NCBI GenBank assembly: GCA_040285855.1
Contig: JAUFOQ010000003.1
Coordinates: forward strand, 558,001-622,000
DNA length: 64,000 bases
Source: Eukaryota sp. GEM-RC1
Taxonomy: Eukaryota
Direction of reading: 5' to 3'
Shown: piece after piece, positions 24,246 through 35,057 of the stretch
Layout of the letters: every line of letters starts with the position of its first letter
Numbering within the stretch: position 1 is the first letter of the stretch
Notes under the pieces: model-generated
The model's input: only the letters and a program-made list of their open reading frames with translations
Databases searched by the model: none
What the model was told of the DNA's origin: nothing
Program-made: the position numbers and the translations under genes

Positions 24246-24360
24246 AGGACATGTGTGTCTCCTCAAAAATATCTTCCTCATAAAAACTCTAATTAGTAGA
24301 ACTCTGTAAAGAAACGGACCGTAAGTAAAGAAGGTCTAAATGGAAAAACCGTATTGTGCT
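24246..24360 (+). mobile_element. Short CRE-like C-terminal remnant interrupted by the TA-flanked element
   Basis: Reads ..ELCKETDRK*RRSKWKNRIV, matching ELCKEKKRKFRMAEWKNRIV of the 54.7-kb copy. Weak similarity resumes after 25421. Confidence 0.6.
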
Positions 24361-24361
24361 A

Positions 24362-25419
24362 CAGTCGACCCTCCCATTAGTGCAAGCCTTTAGGCAGACC
24401 TTAATGGGAGGGTAGACTGTAGGAAAATTTGTAATCAGTCTTTTTAGCGCAATTGCATTGTTTATTCTTTATATACATTGTAGAATTTTTTCACAGTGTT
24501 TGAATCGTGTTCTAGACAAAATCTAACCTCGATCAAGAGTAGATGTAGAGCATCTAATATCTTTCAAGCACTACAGTCTACCCTCCCATTAAGGTCACCC
24601 TCCCATTAAGGTTTCCCTCCCATTAAGGTAAAATTTTCACTGCCCACTTTTTGTCGTGTCCTTTTCAATTCCCGTGCCCTTGCCATTGTGCTACAGTTCT
24701 TAACATAAACTTTTTCGTTCTTCTATTTTTCGTATCACATCATTACATACCTTCTTTTTATGGGACTTTCAACCAGTTAAACAGTTACAAGCCTCTGGAT
24801 CCGTTACTTCGGTGATTTCTTGCGAAGACCAGATCTATAGGACATCATTCTGGTCTTTGATCATGTCGAATGCCTCGACGAAGAAGAGGACGTACTGATC
24901 CATGAAGAGGAAGAGGAGCTCCTTGACAGTGTTCTAAAGTTGTCCCTTGTTGATGGTTTTGAAATGGAAGACCTTCTTATGAACATCTCCCCTGCTGATG
25001 CCTTTAACTGCTGGATTTGAAGTTGTAGCCTTCCTCCTTTCCTTTATTGGTACTTTCAGGTCCGTCCTTGACCTTTCTCGCTCTTATATCGCCCTCCCCA
25101 TTAGCACTAGTTCTCCCCTTCTTTCCTCCATCCATTTAGCAGATATCTGAGAGATTATTGCTATTTGCTGATGATTGAGTGTTCGGCAATATTTTTCCTC
25201 AATCCCACCACTTAAATTTGGACGACGATTACCCGTGGTGGTACATCCGTGCCATCTTCATTTTATCACCAAATGGTGCACAATAGTCATAGTTTGTTGG
25301 TTTATTTATCATAAAAGGCTGTCGTCTGCTGTTCATGTCTGTAGAAACAAAACCTCCCATTAAGGTAAAACTCCCATTAAGGTCTGCCCAAAAGCTTGCA
25401 CTAATGGGAGGGTAGACTG
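24362..25419. mobile_element. TA-flanked Tc1/mariner/pogo-type non-autonomous element (composite)
   Basis: About 49-bp outer inverted repeats CAGTC(G/T)ACCCTCCCATTAGTGCAAGC..GGCAGACCTTAATGGGAG with TA on both sides. Extra internal termini at 24419 and 24574; CTCCCATTAAGG repeats. Confidence 0.85.
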
Positions 25420-25479
25420 TAGTAGTTTGCATTTAAGAAATATGTTTGTTTGCCACAATGTATTAATACATAATTATAC

Positions 25480-25880
25480 AGAAAATGGAAGAAGTTAAAT
25501 TCTCCACATCCATACAAGAATTATCCATATACAACTTGGAATAAATGGAACTCAAATACTTGGGAATCCTTCTATAAAGAGCAAACGTAATTGGCTAAAT
25601 CCACACAGAACCATTAAAACCCTTGCCATTAGAACGGCATAAAACATTGAAATGGCGAAAAATTGTAAACCTGCAGGACCATTACTACCAAAAATTCATA
25701 TCGCAAATGGAACAAATGAAAACTTAGAATATATATTTTCATTAAGCTTCTTCAAACCATCCGCATAAGTAGAACAACATTTGCTGTTCAGCCTTTTTAA
25801 GATGACCAATTGAATCGTTCAAAATGGAATCTTTGAGGACTTTTGCAAACGGGTCAACTGTAGAAAAATCAACCACAACC
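25480..25880 (-). mobile_element. Degenerate CRE-like RLE fragment
   Basis: Minus strand reads VVVDFSTVDPF..HLKKAEQ..LNENIYSKFSFVPFAI*IFGSNGPAGLQFF. Confidence 0.75.
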
Positions 25881-25884
25881 TAGT

Positions 25885-26062
25885 TTGTATTTCATTTATT
25901 TAATTGGTTATCTTAATTCGGCACCCAATGGTAACCTTCCTTCAAAACTATGAAATTGCAAAAACAACAGACAATACTAAGATTAAATCCAAACGACTTC
26001 ATTCCCACCCGGTAAAAGATTACCTTTTTCAACATTAACCTTCACACCAAACTTGTACAATT
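25885..26062 (-). mobile_element. About 180-bp 3'-end copy of the CRE family found at 54-55 kb
   Basis: The reverse complement aligns at nucleotide level with 55335-55480: the ORF end LYKFGVKVNV..EVVWI* plus the 3' UTR TTTCATAGTTT..GGAAGGTTACC..TTGGGTGC. Confidence 0.88.
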
Positions 26063-26354
26063 GCTCCACTTCGAAAAGGTGTATTGTTTTCACACCCCTG
26101 ACATAAACTGTATACATTTTCAAAACCTAAAATTTACATGTTACTATTATAATAAGAACACAACATTATACGATACCAAAAAGAAGCAATAGTAAGTAAG
26201 TACTAATATTTTTATTTTCAATAATGTTGGCTAATGATCATGCAAACTAGCTAGTAAGATGTATTTGGTTAACTTATGCTTAAAAAGTTACTGAATAAAA
26301 ATCTAATTCAACCACTCTACACACTAGGATTCCTAAAGTTAAATTAAAATTAAG

Positions 26355-28875
26355 TTACAACAATCCTCTTCTTTTCAAAACATCAACAAGTGCAAAGTAA
26401 TCACATCCTTCAAGTTCTTTCATCTTTCCCTCCCAGTAACTTGCTTTGTCTAAATTACGTTCGGTTCCTGAACCCATCTTGTAACAATTAATCAGTTGTG
26501 TAATTCCGGTGCCGTAGTTCAACTCTGCTGATTTTTGAAAGTAATCAAAAGACTTTTGGTAGTTTTTGTCTACTCCAGTTCCTTGCTTATACATTAATCC
26601 TAACCTACACAATGCTTGTGAGCTTCCAGCTTCCGCAGCCATGTTATAGTACCTGAATGCTTCACACCTATCCTTTTCAATTCCTTCACCTTTCTCATAA
26701 ATAGCACCTAGGCGCTTCATAGCTCCACAATTCCCCAATTCAACAGCAATCCTCAATAACCTAAGACTTTCTTCAAGATTCTTTTCAACCCCAGTACCAT
26801 CTCTGTAGCAAGTTGATAACCGATAAATTCCTTCTGAGTTGTTTAAATCTGCAGCCTTTTTGAACCAATTGAAGGCTTGTTGATAGCGCATTCGATTGAA
26901 CTCGAATCCACCTTGTGTAAAGAACAGACAGAAACCAATGTTAACCATTCCAAACACGTGTCCCAATTCAGCAGCCTTTTTAAAATATTGAGCTGCACTT
27001 CGATAACTCTTTTCCACTCCTAAACCCAAATAATAACAACTTCCTAATGTAAAAATTGATTCAACATGATTTAAATTAGCCGCTTTTTGAAACAGAACAA
27101 AGGCTTTTTCATAATTCTGTGGTACTTCATTTCCCCTAAAAAAATCCAATCCAACTGAATACATGTGATCACTTGCTTCTTTCATTGGGTCAACAAGCTT
27201 CTTCAAATCATTGAGCTCTTTTTCACGTGATGGCCAGAATTCAAGAAATTTCTTGGAAATATAAGTGTTAATGAATGATTCTAGAGACTCAACATTATTT
27301 AATTCACCTAAAATATTTAGATATACTAAACTCTGATCAGCTGCAACGTCAATACTTTCTACACACTTGATAAACGAATCAACTGACCACGAAAGATTGA
27401 ATTCCTCAGATTTCTTCCAGGAATTCACAAGACTTCCTGCTAACCACAAACAATAATCACCAGGAAGCTTTGAAGAAAGAAATTCAAGACAAGTAGGAGA
27501 GACGAATATATCGGTTTCACCCTCCAAGAATTCAATACAAATGACCCTGTTAAAAAAGTCGCAGATGTCATTTAAATGTTTAGATAGAAGTTGGTTTTTA
27601 TCAACTTGACGCAATAATTCAAGAAACCAACATAGTGAAACATTTTCCAAAGTTGTTATACTTTTTAAGACTTCCACTGAGCATTCCACTAACGTTGGTC
27701 CTAGATCTGAATCTTCATACAGTGGTTCCAAAATTTGAAAACTGCTTGAAATTACTTCAGGATCAGTTTGAGAAATCGTTAAGGCGTTAAGCACTGAAGA
27801 CAATTCGGAAGATGAAAACCCTTCAGATTCATGAAGTTCCATTAAACAATAACATAACCACTCTGAATCAACAAACGGAAGTAGAAACACGATGAAAGAA
27901 ACTCGCAATGGAACAAAATCATAATCATTAACCTCGATTACCTTGAATGATTCAATATTTTCCTTTAAGAAATTGAGTTGGTTCCGTTCATTTGAAATTT
28001 TTAACAAATAATACAAATCTTCTTCTTGCCAGTTATCCGAACTGAGCAGAAACTCAGTACAAGCCAACCTAAGCTCGTCAACTTGGAAGTATACCGATAA
28101 CTGGAAAAAATCCAAGATATTTGAAATATTAAATTTGATAGATGTACAATGGAACAAGTCAAAAACAAGGAGAAAACTTCTTCAGAGACACCTGGAAATT
28201 CCTCAGAATATTCAAACCTTCGAACATTTGAATCAGCAAAGCCACATGTAAAAGAAGTATAAAAGAATGTAGAATTTAAAGCTAACAGAACAGAATTCAT
28301 CGTAAGAGCGGTGTTTTTGTAAGAAACACTGACATCTCTAGAACAAGACGTGATCATTTTCGAAGCTAAACTAGTCAAGTCCAATTGAAAACTATTGTCT
28401 TCAAAGTTGCCCAACCCTTTTGTCATTCTCTCATTAACAAAGTCGTTTAACTCCTCAAACTGAAGAAGAGAAGCAATGAATGAAAGAGGAGGAAGAGATT
28501 TAGTAGTAACAGGAAGAGATTGACCATAGAAAGTTGAGAGAACTAAGAAGAATAGGTCAGGATCTGTGAAAGGAAGTGGTGGAAACTCTATTGAAGAAGA
28601 TCGAAAAAGTTTTTCTTTTAGTACAGAACTGAAACAACTAACAACGAAAGAATGACAGTGGAAGGGAACGTCATCGTAGTTAATGATTATGTCTGTAAGA
28701 AGATTCTCTTTTGATAAGAGTGGAGTTTGTTACAGAAGGAAGTGGTGGCGAAGGAGAAGGTGTTGGATTGAACGACGGTTTCATGGGACGGCATATTCTT
28801 TTCAGGATTGTCAACAACAACTGCTGCTGGGGGATGTTTGGAGTAAGAATCGTCGGCATCATCAGATTTGGACAT
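26355..28875 (-). CDS. Tandem BTB/POZ plus Sel1-like repeat protein
   Basis: BTB1 (DIIINYDDVPFHCHSFVVSCFSSVL), BTB2 (DVSVSYKNTALTMNSVLLALNSTFF) and about 7 Sel1 repeats (LGxxYxxGxGVxKxxxxAxxxFxKAA). Frameshifts at about 28700 and 28160; start codon uncertain. Confidence 0.85.
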
Positions 28876-29644
28876 TATAGAAATATCTGATAAGAGAACT
28901 GTGTCGTAAGATCAGGTCGCAACCTGGTTAAAAGGGGAGAGAATAAGCCGAAAATTAAAAATGTGACAGCACTTGATCTATGACCACTAAATCTACTAGT
29001 ACTGTTATTGAAACAACAAATTCCATAGATCACATACAACGAACCACAATACTAGTAGTGTATAACAATGAACTCTATATGATAACAGGGGTGAAAACCA
29101 ATTTTGTTTATACTACTAACCATCTTCAGTGCATGTATTTTGTTGTTGTTCTTGTTAATGAAAAAGACGGTTTTGCTGGTGATTGCTCATTTATATGACC
29201 AATTCAGTACATATTTGAAATGAAGACGAAAACGTAATGTTGTGGACGTCTGGAGTTCCATTTGCTACGTGTAGGACTTTGATTGATGGAGAAAAGGATG
29301 TGTTAGATTGTTGTCTAGTAAACAATTGACATTGCCAACAATTTGGCAACACATTCACTGATATTGATAAAATCCATAGATCCGAAAGAGGTCTGAATCT
29401 CAATGTCTATCAAACTGTGTTATAGTTCGTACTGTTGGTAGTACAGAGGTTGCTTGCAGCAAAAATATAAAATATCTGTCGATCAACGGAGTTCAACTCC
29501 ACATAGTGCCATTCAGCTGACTAGAAACTGAACACTGATAATTAAGATAACAACAGTGATGCAACCTGGTTTCCTTCTTTTGTTGTTGTTCGTACCTACC
29601 AAAAAACAGCGCACTGTGACTTTTATTCGTTAATTGAAAATATC

Positions 29645-31274
29645 CTACATATTTGGCATTGGTCCACGAGGCTTAGGAGCATTACCAGCAGGTCTACTCA
29701 TAACCAATGAATCCACTCTAAGAATCGTAACAGCTGCACCTGTGGCAAACTTCAACTGCCACCACTTACCCTGCAAATGATCAAAAATACCCTTCTCCTT
29801 CATGTCAACTGCAATACCGTCATCAATATCAACTCCATGATTAACCAAACCTTTCTGATGAGCAGCTCTGAGAAGAGAAACAACATAAGTATCATCATGT
29901 CCAGAGTTGACTGCCAGAGCGCTTGGTACGTATTCCAAAGCCTCAGCAAACTTCTTAATTGAATATTGATCAAGACCGCTAGTCTTCTCTCCATATTCAA
30001 ATACTCGTCGAGACAATTCCGCCTCAACTGCACCTCCTCCAGCTAAGAATCTACCATCCATGGCAGTGGCTTTGACAGTCCTCACAGCGTCTTCAATGGC
30101 ACGTTCACAATCATCCATGACGTGATCAGATGATCCTCTGATTACAACAGTGGCTACAGCAGAATCCTCTGCTTCTTGTCTGAAAACCAACACCTTTCGG
30201 GATCCAATTTCAGTAAGACGAACTTGATGACAATGTCCAATCTCCTCAGCTACAGGAGCTCCGAATCTAACCAAAGGAGTAGCTCGGACAGCCTTGCAAA
30301 CTCTACGGAGATCAAACTTAGACAAAACCTTGATCACCATGATCTTATGATGCTCCAAGTAATGAAGAGCGAGCTCCCCAACACTTCCACCAGAGACAAC
30401 CACATCAATTCCACACCTAGCAATCTCTTCAACTGCCTGCTGAATCCTGTTCTCCTCATCCTTGTTATAAGCCTCTAGCTCATCAGCGTTGTGGAGAACC
30501 ACCGTGCCCTTGTTCTCAGGAGACTCCAAGTCTAACCCGCAACTGAACACGGCAACCTTACAATCATCCTTTCGCTTTATTGACCCTTCCACGTCACGTA
30601 ACAGGCAGAAACCTTTAACGAGAGTGGATGCGGAGACGGAGGCACCGAGGATCTTGATGCATCGTACGTTATCGGGGTTGAACCGCTTAGTATTTTCAGG
30701 CATGATCATGAGGGAAGCATCGGCAACTAAAGGAGCTAGGATGTCTTCCAAACCGTATTTCTTTGCTTGGATTACAGCGGATATAGATTTGGAGAGGTCT
30801 TCCTTGTTGAAGGAAGTGACGGTGTGACAGCAGAGTTCAGGGAGTTGAGAGAGGACGTAATCAAGGGCCTTTTCATAGCCAGAGATAATGTCGGAAGGGT
30901 GAATACCAGCCTTCAAGAGACTTTCAGCTTGATCGAGAAGAGCGCCGGCAAAGAGGAGAGTCTCGTTGGTGAAATCGCCGTGTTCACGTTGTTGTTGTTG
31001 AGAGGCAAGAGCGACGATCTTGGCAGCAGGGTGTTCTAATTCCAATTCAGACACAACTACTGCAGCGTCAGCAGAGAGAAAGACTTTTTCAAGATGATTA
31101 ACTATGATCTTTTGAAGACCTGAAGATGAGATCGAGATAAGAGCGAGACAAACCAGAAGGACCTAAAGAAGTTCTTGTGATAGAAGTAAACTCTTTAACA
31201 GCACGAATATTGCGAAGGATCGCTTCTTCGATGCCAGAAAGTTGAGTAGTTCCAGGTTTAAAGAGGTTGGACAT
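29645..31274 (-). CDS. CCT8: T-complex protein 1 subunit theta
   Basis: GIEEAILRNI..TSLGPSG|LQKIIVNHLEKVF, ELEHPAAK, GDFTN, SKFDLRRVC, RVDSLVMSRPAG. One intron. Confidence 0.95.
31120..31153 (-). other. 34-nt spliceosomal intron in CCT8
   Basis: GTTTGT...CTCATCTTCAG. Removal restores SLGPSGLQK. Confidence 0.88.
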
Positions 31275-31306
31275 TATCTTCTTGAAGTATGTAAAATTTT
31301 GGTTGA

Positions 31307-32716
31307 ATGGCGATCTACCTCTATCTTATTGCTATACTTCTTGTTCTTTCTTCTTGTTCAGAAGTTCCTATCACTCGTATCTCAGCATCAAATGTTGAGA
31401 AATGGATCGATCAAGTCGATTTCGGTGTACTTCTTGTTTGTTCAAATGAAAAAGCTGATAATGCTCAACAATCAATCAAAGTCTTTAAAGAAGTGGCTAC
31501 ATCCATCCCTTCTATATCCTTTGCAATCACATCTGACATCTCAGACTCCCTTCTCTCAACCCTCCAACTCACATCTCCTCCTCCTGAGAATCTCCCAGCT
31601 ATCGTCATTGTCAGACACAACTTGGTCCGATCCTACCTTGGTCCCAGAGACGATCGAGGCATGATCGGCTATCTTTCACAACTTAAGAATGCTCAACCTA
31701 CTGAGATTACTACCAAAATTCAACGAAAACGTTTCCAAAGCCTTCCCACCCCCCGTGTTGTTGGCTTTTTCCACTCTCTTTCCGCTCCTGAAGCCAAGGA
31801 GTTCTCTGAAGCAGCTGGCTTCTTCAACAGTATTCCCTTCTACATCGTCACTGACAAAATCATTGCACGTGGACTAAAGCTCAAAAAACCACCTGTTGTC
31901 CAACTTTGGAAGGAAGACGTTGTTGTGGAATTAGACGAGGATGTTGAGTTGCAGAACATTGTAGAATTTGTTGAAGCCAACCGCAGGGAAACCCTCGAGC
32001 CTTTAAGCCCTGAAGCTTTCTCTACAATCATTTCATCAGGAGTTCCCGTTGTTTTCTTCTTCTACGAACCATCTGATCCTAGTATTCTATCAGTTGGAAG
32101 AGAGATTGCCAAACAGAATGAATATATTACTATCAAACGAGATGGTAAGGATGAAGTTGTAGAACTATCCTATTGGTCAGTAGATTCTTCAGTGTTTGGA
32201 GAGTTTGTACAAAAGTTTGGTGTTTCCCAGTTACCTACTGTGGGTGTTCTCGATCTAGCTAATCAGAAACAAATAGTTTATCCATCTCATGATATTAATG
32301 TTGATGAGGTCACTCACTTCATCAAGAATTTCTTGGAGGGAAAAGTCAAACAGGAAGTTAAGTCAGAAGAAGCTCCAGATGAGAACCCAGGTCCTGTTTT
32401 CAAGGTAGTAACCAACACTTTCTTTGACATGGTAATGAATGATGAGAGGACTGTTATTCTTAAAGCCTATACTGACTGGTGTGGTCATTGTAAGAACCTT
32501 GCACCTATTTGGACTGAGTTAGCTGAGGATTTGGAGAGTATGGGTCGACATGACGTTGTTTTGACTGAGATTGATGTTGATAAGAATGTTGTACCCGTGT
32601 ATGAAGTAAAGAGTTTGCCTACTTTGTTGAAGTTTAAGCCAGGAATGAAGAATGAGCCAGAGGTTTATACTGGATCTCGTGACAAAGGGTCATTAATGCA
32701 GTGGATTTTGGCCTAA
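31307..32716 (+). CDS. Protein disulfide isomerase family protein with a single active site
   Basis: Signal peptide, about four thioredoxin-like domains, KSEEAP linker, GPVFKVV, and WCGHCK in the last domain only. Confidence 0.9.
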   Translation: MAIYLYLIAILLVLSSCSEVPITRISASNVEKWIDQVDFGVLLVCSNEKADNAQQSIKVFKEVATSIPSISFAITSDISDSLLSTLQLTSPPPENLPAIVIVRHNLVRSYLGPRDDRGMIGYLSQLKNAQPTEITTKIQRKRFQSLPTPRVVGFFHSLSAPEAKEFSEAAGFFNSIPFYIVTDKIIARGLKLKKPPVVQLWKEDVVVELDEDVELQNIVEFVEANRRETLEPLSPEAFSTIISSGVPVVFFFYEPSDPSILSVGREIAKQNEYITIKRDGKDEVVELSYWSVDSSVFGEFVQKFGVSQLPTVGVLDLANQKQIVYPSHDINVDEVTHFIKNFLEGKVKQEVKSEEAPDENPGPVFKVVTNTFFDMVMNDERTVILKAYTDWCGHCKNLAPIWTELAEDLESMGRHDVVLTEIDVDKNVVPVYEVKSLPTLLKFKPGMKNEPEVYTGSRDKGSLMQWILA

Positions 32717-33264
32717 TTTTAAATAAATGTCGGTTTGACTCGCTGCTTGTTTTACTATATCTCTTTTCGTTTTAAAGGAGTGTAATTGCAGCAATTGATT
32801 AACATACTGGTGGACTAATTCAGAAATGATGGAAGATCCATTCTCCACATCATCTCGGTAGTTGTTCTTATACAACTCAGAATAAATCGAACTTAGTCAC
32901 TTAAGTCTCTTTTATTCAACAAGTTGTTACAGGTGTGACATTATTGTAAAGAATCAGATATCATAACATACATTATGTCAAGAATTCAAACAGTTTGACT
33001 GGTCTCAAGTTGTGACTTCCAGCAGTACAATAGATGGCAAGGAGGCATTGAAACATCAGAACAGTTGTATTTCAACAATGTTCTTTCAAATAAGCCCTAT
33101 GCTACAGAGATAAAGCTATAATGTTATAAAAGAAAACGTTGATGTTATGCATTCTGTTGATTTAGTGTTGCCATTACTGGCTGGACAGTGTTGTAATCTA
33201 ACATTTCTAACATAAACATAATGGTTGTTTCTTTTCTTTTAGAAAACAAAGAGTCACTTTAAAA

Positions 33265-33584
33265 CATAGCTGTCCATAACACCAACGACCCCACTATGAT
33301 AACATTATGACACTTTGCCATTACATTCATTACATAATTACACCCATAATGAAAAAATAGATGATGGTTGAACCGAGTACAAAGACTACTTACTACAGTC
33401 GTAATCCAAAACCATTAGCTATTTACTCCTCTGTGTTGATTATATATCGTAAATGTAAAAGAAAAAACTATCTTGTTCAACAATTTAACGTTGTTTCGTT
33501 TGTCATGACCTAAGTTGCTGATTCGTCATGACGTTACTCAGAGTGTCATGACGCAATATTGCCATGATGTCATGGGCAGCTATG
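33265..33584. mobile_element. hAT MITE (320 bp)
   Basis: 17-bp TIR CATAGCTG(T/C)CCAT(A/G)ACA, perfect 8-bp TSD CTTTAAAA, TCATGAC subterminal repeats. Confidence 0.88.
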
Positions 33585-33823
33585 CTTTAAAATGATGGAA
33601 TTTAAATCAGGACGAGTCTGTAGCTGTCACAGTATTTTTGTATCAATTCTAGAGAAGACTCTGTCCTGTTCCATGGAGCTACTTCAGTTCCCTCTGAGGA
33701 CGTCGAACAAGAAGCACCTTTAGTCACACAGCAACTTTTACAAAATAGGTGATAGATGATGTGCTTTCTGACCTGTTGTCATTTATCAATAGCTAAAACA
33801 GGAAAGTTTCATTTCCCATCTTA

Positions 33824-34549
33824 ATGCTTCTGCTTCAAATCATTTCCAATGTCTTGGGTGTTGCTTACTTCGCAGCGTGGAGTTTTTCCTTCTACCCACA
33901 GTTCTTCTTGAACTTCCGTAGGAAATCTGTTGTGGGGTTATCGTTTGACTTTCAATTGTACAATCTTGTGGGATTCGTTTACTACTCGATATACTGCATC
34001 ATCAACTACTTCAAACTGGTGTCAGATCCGTTACACATAAACGTATCAGATATTTTCTTTGCTGTCCATGCATCTATCATTACGGCTCTGACATGCATAC
34101 AGATTCTTATATACGATCGAGGGTGTCAAAAGGTTTCTAAACTATGTTGGTCTCTGACTGTTTGTTTCCTTGTTGTTCCTTCATTAATCTTCTTCACACC
34201 CCTCACGATGACTAAAATACTCGGCAGTGTAAAGCTGTTCATCAGTTTCATTAAGTACACCCCTCAGATATATCTCAACTACAAACGAAAGAGCACCAAA
34301 GGCTTTCACATCGTCAATATCATTTTAGATTCTACTGGCGCTTTCCTCTCCTTTGCTCAAATGGTTGTTGATGCTGTTATTGAGGATAACTGGAACGTAT
34401 TCAGGAACTTTACTAAGCTTGGTCTAAGTTTCCAATCAGTTTTCTTTGACATTATTATTCTGGTACAACACTTCGTTCTTTACCGTGGCAATGCTCCTGT
34501 TGACGATTGTAATCAAGAGAAGAACTCAGAAACAGACCCACTGGTTTAG
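33824..34549 (+). CDS. CTNS: Cystinosin-like PQ-loop lysosomal cystine transporter
   Basis: YFAAWSFSFYPQFFLNFRRKSVVGLSFDF and KYTPQIYLNYKRKSTKG..NIILDSTGA. C-terminal ETDPLV resembles a dileucine sorting signal. Confidence 0.93.
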   Translation: MLLLQIISNVLGVAYFAAWSFSFYPQFFLNFRRKSVVGLSFDFQLYNLVGFVYYSIYCIINYFKLVSDPLHINVSDIFFAVHASIITALTCIQILIYDRGCQKVSKLCWSLTVCFLVVPSLIFFTPLTMTKILGSVKLFISFIKYTPQIYLNYKRKSTKGFHIVNIILDSTGAFLSFAQMVVDAVIEDNWNVFRNFTKLGLSFQSVFFDIIILVQHFVLYRGNAPVDDCNQEKNSETDPLV

Positions 34550-34843
34550 TTTAATTTATTTATTTATTGTTATATTTGTATATTGTTCTTCTTGTAAATC
34601 GCTGTTTATAAATGTTCAGTTCCAATCGGAGTTCAAGACATGTGATTGTATTGTTCCCGGCAATTACCTTGTCTATTAGCCTTTTAGAGCTGATGAAGTG
34701 ATGGGCGGCAAAACTCCTTCAAAGGATCACATAGCAACAACAATGCTCAAAAAAATGATCAGTCCAATAAGAATTGATCAAAATCCTTGAGATTTAAATA
34801 ACATAATTGCATGGTTAACTGCTTACCCTTTTTCTGGTTCTTT

Positions 34844-34923
34844 CTCTAACACATCTAATACAACGCCACGCCTAAACCCCAAAAATTAGGGGGTGGTGGT
34901 ATGATGTACTAGGTGTTTTAGAG
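34844..34923. mobile_element. 80-bp miniature derivative of the 59371-62922 element family
   Basis: CTCTAACACATCTAATACAACGCCAC..AAATTAGGGGGTGG..GTGTTTTAGAG-TA matches that element's termini. Confidence 0.75.
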
Positions 34924-35057
34924 TACATTGTAAACTCTACTTATCTCTGTTATTAGTTACTGTAAATACGGATGTTGACACATCGATGGATTCATCTTGA
35001 AGACGATGTGAATTTTAATGGTTCCAACAAAAAGACCAATAGAAGATGTATTATAAT

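Noticed and set aside
30960..30985. GDFT instead of GDGT in the CCT8 nucleotide-binding loop as a sign of pseudogenisation
   Set aside because: CCT8 is among the subunits with more divergent, low-activity ATP sites, and the rest of the gene is intact.
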